DNA of 64,000 nucleotides from Dictyostelium discoideum (lineage: Eukaryota): the NCBI GenBank assembly GCA_000004695.1, contig CM000152.2:2112001-2176000 (forward strand). The letters are read 5' to 3'. Under the pieces are notes generated by a model. The model saw nothing but the letters and a program-made list of their open reading frames with translations, did no database searches and was not told where the DNA came from. This document shows, piece after piece, positions 53,558 to 64,000 of this stretch. Both the position numbers and the translations under genes were made by a program. Within the stretch, counting starts at the first letter, position 1. Each line of letters starts with the position of its first letter.

Positions 53558-53924
53558 GATGAATAATATAAAACTATATTCAATTCAAACAAAACTATCA
53601 TTTATTTGGGAAAGGAAATATATATATTTGAATAAAAAGAATACAGTTGAAAAAGACAATGAGGACGACGAAGGGGAGGAAGATGACAATTTAAGTTCAT
53701 CAACAACAACAACAACAACAACAGCGACAAACTCTCAAATTATTACCAATACATCATTTTCAAATCAATTCCCGGTTTTAAAGGATATTTTCAAACAAGT
53801 TCCACATTCCTATAATATTATAGTAAAGAAAATTGATATAGATGGTAATTTATTAATGTGTTGTCAAGTTGACTATGTGGAAAGTACTGAACAATCTTGG
53901 AAACTTTTAAATTCTTTAAAATGA
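48865..53924 (+). CDS. Large (about 1,620-aa) N/S/T-rich protein of unknown function with a C-terminal CxxC...CxC zinc-ribbon-like motif. Exons 48865-52414, 52501-53461, 53555-53924
   Basis: The long ORF has GTATGT donors at 52415 and 53462, and acceptors aaag and (T)32ag in phase 1+2 and 2+1. C-terminus ..YKCNKCNQIIKNSYSSSLVSTGNVCSCKNPQDFIF..; no confident family assignment. Confidence 0.5.
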
Positions 53925-54250
53925 TCAAAAAAATTAAAAAAATAAAAAAAAAAAAAAAAAAAAAAAAAAACTATATTTTCCAAATATATTCAGTTTCATT
54001 TACAAATAATAAACTTTATTATTGTTAATTATTAATACACAACATATCTAAATACAATTTCCAACAAAATTTATTATTTATTTTTTTTATTTTTTTTTCA
54101 AAACAATATTTTTCTTTTTTTTTTTTCCATTGAAATCTTTGCAACGTTTTAATAAAAAAACAAAAACAAAAAAATCGTCATTGTACGAATGGTTAATTTG
54201 TTTTTGTGGGTGTCAAACCAAAAAAAAAAAAAAAAAAAACAAATAATTAA

Positions 54251-54274
54251 GCGCTGGTGGGTTTGTGTGGCCTC
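54251..54274. promoter_or_regulatory. G/T-rich G-box-like element gcgctggtgggtttgtgtggcctc, about 350 bp upstream of the 54622 gene
   Basis: A GTGTGG-type motif in an otherwise AT-rich promoter region. Confidence 0.3.
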
Positions 54275-54621
54275 TTTTATTTTTTTTATTTTCTATGCGA
54301 CTCCTCTTAATAATTAATCCTTACACCAAATAATTTTATTTATTTTATTTTTTTTTATTTTATTTTTTATTTTATTTTTCTCGCATCCAACCGACTTTAA
54401 AGTATCACAAAAAAAAAAAAAAAAAAAAAAAAAATCAAAAAAAAATCAAAAAAATCAACGAATTTATGAAAATATTTTTTTCTAATCACAAAAAAAAAAA
54501 AATAAAAAAATAAAAAAACTCTTTGTATGGTTTAAAACTCAAAATTTCCCACATCAAAACTCTATTGATTATTCAATTTGAAAGAATATTTTTATCATTT
54601 TTTTGAGGTAAAAAATTTAAA

Positions 54622-58410
<3,789 letters not shown>

Positions 58411-59045
58411 ATTAATTATAATTCACCATCATCTTTTTCTTGTAAATAAATAAAAAAAAATAAAAATTAGAAAAAATAAAAAACAATTATGTCATTCTTT
58501 CAAATTTAATTTCTTGTCTTGAAGTTTTTAATTTTTACTCTTATAGTATATTTGTGATAAACTTTTATTTTTTTTTTTTTAAAAAAATAAGGTGTAAATA
58601 TAAAAGACTTTTTTTTGTTTTTTGGGTTTTTAGACAATGTTAGGAGGAGTTAGTGTTAATTGATTCATAATATTATAAAGTATAAAATGTAGTTGCCTAC
58701 GTGTTAACAATTCTTGATCAATTCTTAATGTTTAAAATAAAAAAACTAAATATTTTTTCATATGTTCACTTTATTTTAGTTTTAGAATTAAAAAAAAAAA
58801 AAAATAGAATCAATAGAATCAAGATATTTTTTTTTTTTATAAAGAAACTTCAATATTTTATTTTTAATTTTTATTTTTTTTTAACTAAAAACATAAAATA
58901 ATATCTTCTATAGAATTGTTTTTTTTTAATCTAAATTAATTTAAAAACTGTTAAATTTATGATAATTTTAATATTTACTGACTATAAATAACTTTTTTTT
59001 TTTTTTTTTTTTCATCCTAATTAATAATTAATTAAAATCGAAATA

Positions 59046-59144
59046 AACCAAAAAAATGTTATTAAAAATTTCTTTAATTTTATGCTTCTTTATCTCATTA
59101 TCAATGGTATAGGTTTATTATAAAAAAAAAAAAAAAATAAAAAA

Positions 59145-59215
<71 letters not shown>

Positions 59216-59942
59216 ATAGATAAATAAATAAATAAATAAATAAATAAAATAAAAAAAAAAATAATAATTACTAATTAGTAATGTTTAAAAATAAAAGGGA
59301 TTTTCAATTAATCAAGGAAATATTCCAAAAGTTACAATTAAAAATGAGGTTGAATCTTATACATATTCAAAAGATGCAGGTTTTACAAGTGGTAAATCAC
59401 AAGATGTAGATTTTACTGGAGGAACAAGTGGTCCATCAAAAATCAATGATCATTCAAATAATATTCAAAATCCAGTTGAATCTTATACATACTCAAAAGA
59501 TGCTGGTTTCACAAGTAGTCAATCATCAGCACAATCAAATCCAACCTCAACAACTGGTCAAGGTAATAATGCAAATGGTCAAACTAAGAATCCAGTAGAA
59601 TCATACACATATTCAAAAGATGCTGGCTTCACAAGTGGTCAATCATCAGCACAATCAAACCCAACATCAACAACTGGTGAAGGTAATAATTCAAATGTTA
59701 AAACAAAGAATCCAGTAGAATCATACACATATTCCAAAGATGCTGGTTTCACCAGTGGTCAATCATCAGCACAATCAAACCCAACCTCAACAACTGGTCA
59801 AGGTAATAATTCAAATGTTCAAACAAAGAATCCTGTAGAATCATACACATACTCAAAAGATGCTGGTTTCACTAGTGGTCAATCAACACCATCTAATCCA
59901 ACTTCAACTGGTCATGGTAATGGAATTACAATTTATCATTAA
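59046..59942 (+). CDS. Small secreted protein of 40-aa tandem repeats. Exon 1 is 59046-59106 (signal peptide); exon 2 is 59299-59942
   Basis: MLLKISLILCFFISLSM|GFSINQGNIPKVTIKNEVESYTYSKDAGFTSGKSQD.., then four or five copies of NPVESYTYSKDAGFTSGQSSAQSNPTSTTGQGNNSNVQTK. Donor GTATAG at 59107; acceptor aaaag at 59298, phase 0. Confidence 0.5.
59345..59935 (+). repeat. Tandem array of 120-bp units, about 4.8 copies at 90-95% identity, coding
   Basis: Units start near 59468, 59588, 59708 and 59828. Confidence 0.8.
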
Positions 59943-60139
59943 TAATTATTTCTAAAATAAAAAATAAAAAATAAAAAATAATTATTCAGAAAAAAAAAAA
60001 AAAAAAAATACATTTAATTTTTAATTTCTTTTTTTTTATTTTAAAAATAAAGTTTTAATTTATTTATTTAGTTTTATTTTATTTTTTTTCAGTTTTTTTT
60101 ATTTTTTATTTTTACCATTTTAATTTAAAAAAATAAAAT

Positions 60140-60512
60140 TTATTTGTTGATATGATATTTCTTGATATGGTTAATAAAATTACCATCATGTCTTTCGTTT
60201 GTGCATAATGGACATACAATATAAATACTTTTTAATAATTGTTCTTGATGACATTCTAATAAATGTAATGCCAATTCATGTTCATCATAACCTTCACTTA
60301 AACAGTTTAAATATGGACATGCATAAATTTCTTCTTGGTTATTAAAATTTCCAAACATTTTAAATAATTCTTGATTTTCATCATCGTCAATAAAATATTC
60401 ATTTTCGTCATTATAATTGAACTGATTCATAAAATCAATAGAACAAGTATCACAGAAACTAAAAAAGGAAAAAAAAAAGGAAAAAAAAAAATTATTAATT
60501 AGTTTTTAATTT

Positions 60513-60544
<32 letters not shown>

Positions 60545-60713
60545 CATTTTCTAACTAAAAAAGAAGAAATTAAAATTAACATACCCATTTATATCATTAC
60601 ATTTTGATTGACCATTATTATTATTACTATTGTTATTGTTATTATTGTTATTGTTTAAATAATCATGATTACATGGAATAATTACTAAACTTTGATTATT
60701 GTCTAAATTCATT
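60140..60713 (-). CDS. Small C2HC/C2H2 zinc-finger protein (RNF114/125-like fingers). Exons 60713-60585 and 60466-60140
   Basis: MNLDNNQSLVIIPCNHDYL..NGQSKCNDING | FCDTCSIDFMNQ..YACPYLNCLSEGYDEHELALHLLECHQEQ..IVCPLCTNERHDGNFINHIKKYH. Donor GTATGT; acceptor ttttag. Confidence 0.45.
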
Positions 60714-60996
60714 TTCCTATTTTTTTTGTTTTATTTTAATTCGAGATTTTTTTTTTTTTTTTTTTTTTTTTTAAATAAATAATAAATAAAATATATTTTA
60801 TAATTAAAATATAGATTGTTTGTACAAGAAATAAGAAAAAAGGTTTTTTTTTTTTTTTTGTTTGTTTTTTTTTTTTTAATAAATTGATAAAGATATTTTT
60901 TTTTTTTTAAAATAAAAAAAAAAATTATTTGATTTTTATATGAATTATTAAAACAATTAAAATAAATAAGTAAATTAAAATAAATTAAATTTAAAA

Positions 60997-61031
<35 letters not shown>

Positions 61032-61161
61032 AAAAATAAATAAAAATATAAATATAGATAATATAAAAAGGGAGTAATTATGATTAATTGATTTGGTTTT
61101 GATTAGATTTTTATTTTTTTTTAGTCTATTTAAAAAGTTTTTAATGATGTGGAATTACATG

Positions 61162-61221
<60 letters not shown>

Positions 61222-61392
61222 ATAAAATTAAAATAAAATATGGTTGAGGTGATTTCTATCTATATATGGTCAATATCAAATCAAACAAATACTGATCACT
61301 CACCATAAAAACAAAATAAACAATTATTGAAAAAAGGAAAAAAAAATAAAAATAAAAATAAAAATAAAATAATTAAATGATAAAATAAATAA

Positions 61393-61417
61393 TACACACA
61401 CGCACACACTCTCTCAC
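61393..61417. promoter_or_regulatory. CA-rich element acacacacgcacacactctctcac
   Basis: A C/A island in AT-rich intergenic DNA. Confidence 0.3.
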
Positions 61418-61820
61418 TTATTTTTATTTTTTAATTTTTTATTTTTTATTTTTTATTTTTTATTATATTTTATTTTAAAATTTAATCTTTTAATAATTTT
61501 ATAATTATTATCTATTACTATTTAATAAAAATTACTAGTAGAAGTAATAATAATAGATCCAGTAAGGTTACTGGCATTTAGGATAAAAAATCACATTTGC
61601 AATGATTTCCATTCTTGATATGATTTTATAATAATTTTAATAAAAAAATTTTGAAAAAAAAAAAAAGCTATTGATTTTTGTGAAGATTGATTTTATCATA
61701 ATTTGTTTTTAATTTGATTGTTTTAATTGGTTAATATAGCATTTATTTTAAGTATAATGTTGGGTCTTGAAAATAAAATTTTAAAAAAATAAAACAAAAT
61801 TATAAAAAAATAATAATAAC

Positions 61821-61950
61821 GCCACATTCACACATTCACACACACACTCACATACTCGTTCAAACACGAGAGCACATTAACGACAATTACCCTATCTCTA
61901 TTTATTTCACTATAATCATTCACTCACTCACCCACACACACACTCCTGGT
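61821..61950. promoter_or_regulatory. 130-bp CA/CT-rich non-AT island (cacattcacacattcacacacacactcacatactcg ... cactcactcacccacacacacactcc), about 900 bp upstream of PLRG1
   Basis: Repeated CACAC(A/T)C motifs resembling Dictyostelium CAE/G-box sequences. Confidence 0.35.
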
Positions 61951-62693
61951 TTTTTTTAAAAAAAAATTTTATTTTTAAAATCATTATTTGAACATTTTAC
62001 AAAATAAAAATAATAAAAAAAGTATATTTCAAATGAATTACAGAAAGTCTTTATAATAATTTTCATCTATCTCTCAATGATCTCTATTAATTTTATTAAT
62101 TTACTAATTTATTAATTAAATTTTAACAATCAAAAGAGATTGGATGATTTTTTTTACTTAAAAAAAAAAAAAAAGAAGATTAATTTATTAATATTATATT
62201 AATTAAAATAAATAAATTAAAAAATAACATGAAAATTAAAAATAAAATTAAAAATAAAATATTAAATTAAAATTATAAAAAATAACCAATTATTATAATT
62301 TAAAAATAAAGTTAAAGTTTTTTATTTTTTTTTTATTTTTTTTTTTTATTTTTTTTTTCTTTTAATTACTTTTTTAATAATAATAATAATTATTATTATA
62401 ATATTGAATTTCAAATTGTGTTATAACGAAAAAAATGATTAAAACTATTTGTATTACTTTTTTTTGATATTTTTTGCTATTAATTTATGGTCAATTTAAT
62501 TTTTTTGGATATTTCAACATTAAAACCTTTTTATAAAAAGGTTGGAATTTGGCATTTGAAAAAAAAAAAAAACAGAATAGCTATATTCATTTTATATGAT
62601 TTTGTTCATTTTTGAGTGGCCTATTTTTGTATACTAAATTCATATTATAAATAAATAAAATTAATTCATTGTTGTAAGTAAATAAAAATGAAA

Positions 62694-62728
<35 letters not shown>

Positions 62729-62874
62729 TTTCAAAAATTTCGTGAATTGCCAACTTTTTTTTTTCTTTTTTTATTTTTAATTTTTTTTTTTTTTTATTTT
62801 CATTAAAATAGTTGGAACGTGACTATTGAAAACTTTGTATAAAAAAAAAAAAAAACCAAAAAAAACCACAACAG

Positions 62875-62992
62875 ATGGTAGGATTAAAAGATACCACTGA
62901 AGAAAATAGTAATGGAGAATCTACTTTATCACAAAATATAAAACAAAATATAGATAGAATTTATAAATCTTCAATATTGAATACATTAAAAT

Positions 62993-63044
<52 letters not shown>

Positions 63045-64000
63045 AACATCAACAACCACAAATACAAATAATAATAAAACATCAATTGACGATAATGGTG
63101 AAGATGAATCAAAAAGGATAAAATTATATTCAAAAATTAAAGATGAATATGAACCAGTTAAAGATTTACCAATGGTAGCACCACAACAAAGAAAACCTGC
63201 TGCTACTGCTAAACAAACTTCAACACCTACAACTACCTCAACAGAATCAAAACCAACTATTGAAGAAATGGAAATTGATAAATCAATTGATAATATAATA
63301 AAAAGTTTACCAAAACAAGAGTATGTATATAAGTTAATAAATATATATAAATATAAATTATTATTTTTTAATATTAATATTTTTTTTTTTTTTTTTTTTT
63401 ATAAGTGAAAAAAGAAGAAAAATTGAAGATGATAAAAGTTCACAAATTACAATATATAATAAAACAAATACAGATGATATAAATAATAGAACATTAATAA
63501 ATCAATATGAACCATTAACTTATACAAAACCAGAATGGCATCCACCATGGAAATTAATGCGTGTAATTAGTGGTCATACAGGATGGGTTAGAGCAATAGC
63601 AGTTGATAAATCTAATGAATGGTTTGCAACAGGTAGTACAGATAATACTATAAAGGTATGGGATTTAGCATCTGGTGAATTAAAGGTAACCTTGACAGGT
63701 CATGTTAGTGCCATTAGAGGATTGGAGGTGAGTTCGAGACATCCTTATCTCTTTTCAGTGGGTGAAGATAATAAGGTGTTATGTTGGGATTTAGAGTCCA
63801 ACAAACAAGTTAGAAACTACTATGGACATAGGCAAGGTGTTTACTCGGTTGCACTTCATCCAACATTGGATGTATTGTTTAGTGGTGGTCGTGACAATTG
63901 TGTACGTGTTTGGGATATGAGAACCAGAGCAAACATATTCGAAATGAAGGGTCACAAAGGAACAATTCTATCTTTGAAATCTCAAAATGCAGATCCACAA
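62875..64000 (+). CDS. Pleiotropic regulator 1 (PLRG1/PRL1/Prp46 WD40 spliceosomal protein), 5' part. Exon 1 is 62875-63319; exon 2 starts at about 63404 and runs off the window
   Basis: ..[134 protein letters not shown] is nearly invariant PLRG1 WD sequence. Donor GTATGT at 63320. Confidence 0.8.

Overview
This window is eukaryotic nuclear DNA of the Dictyostelium (social amoeba) type. It is about 75-80% AT, with homopolymer A/T intergenic tracts, short AT-rich introns that begin GTAAGT or GTATGT and end (T)nAG, and very long poly-Asn, poly-Gln and poly-Thr coding microsatellites. Several 'M' start residues in the supplied ORF track are TTG codons, so ORF-track starts were not taken as true starts. 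I built exon models by hand from splice motifs and reading-frame phase. Recognisable genes, left to right: GNA1 acetyltransferase (- strand), a RIC1 homolog, a Yos1/IER3IP1 homolog, YJU2/CCDC94, and a multi-exon EF-hand + PH + phospholipase D gene. Then a 4-exon secreted/transmembrane glycoprotein (- strand), GCN1 (- strand, 3 exons, about 2,660 aa), CMTR1 cap 2'-O-methyltransferase, a tepsin-like ENTH protein (- strand), and an SR-cyclophilin (- strand). Next come a secreted protein with three MRH (mannose-6-phosphate-receptor-homology) domains, a TRE3-like non-LTR retrotransposon lying just downstream of a tRNA-Glu(UUC) gene and its external B box, and a GPI-anchored beta-helix protein. The right end holds an AIG2/GGCT-like protein, two large N/Q-rich proteins of unknown function, a small secreted 40-aa tandem-repeat protein, a zinc-finger protein and the 5' part of PLRG1/PRL1. 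I found no prokaryote-style operon, CRISPR array or defence island. The candidates most likely to be new are the EF-hand/PH/PLD fusion architecture, the triple-MRH mucin-like protein, the tandem-repeat secreted protein, and an unexplained palindrome-rich segment next to the retrotransposon. All product names rest on remembered family motifs and should be confirmed by database search.
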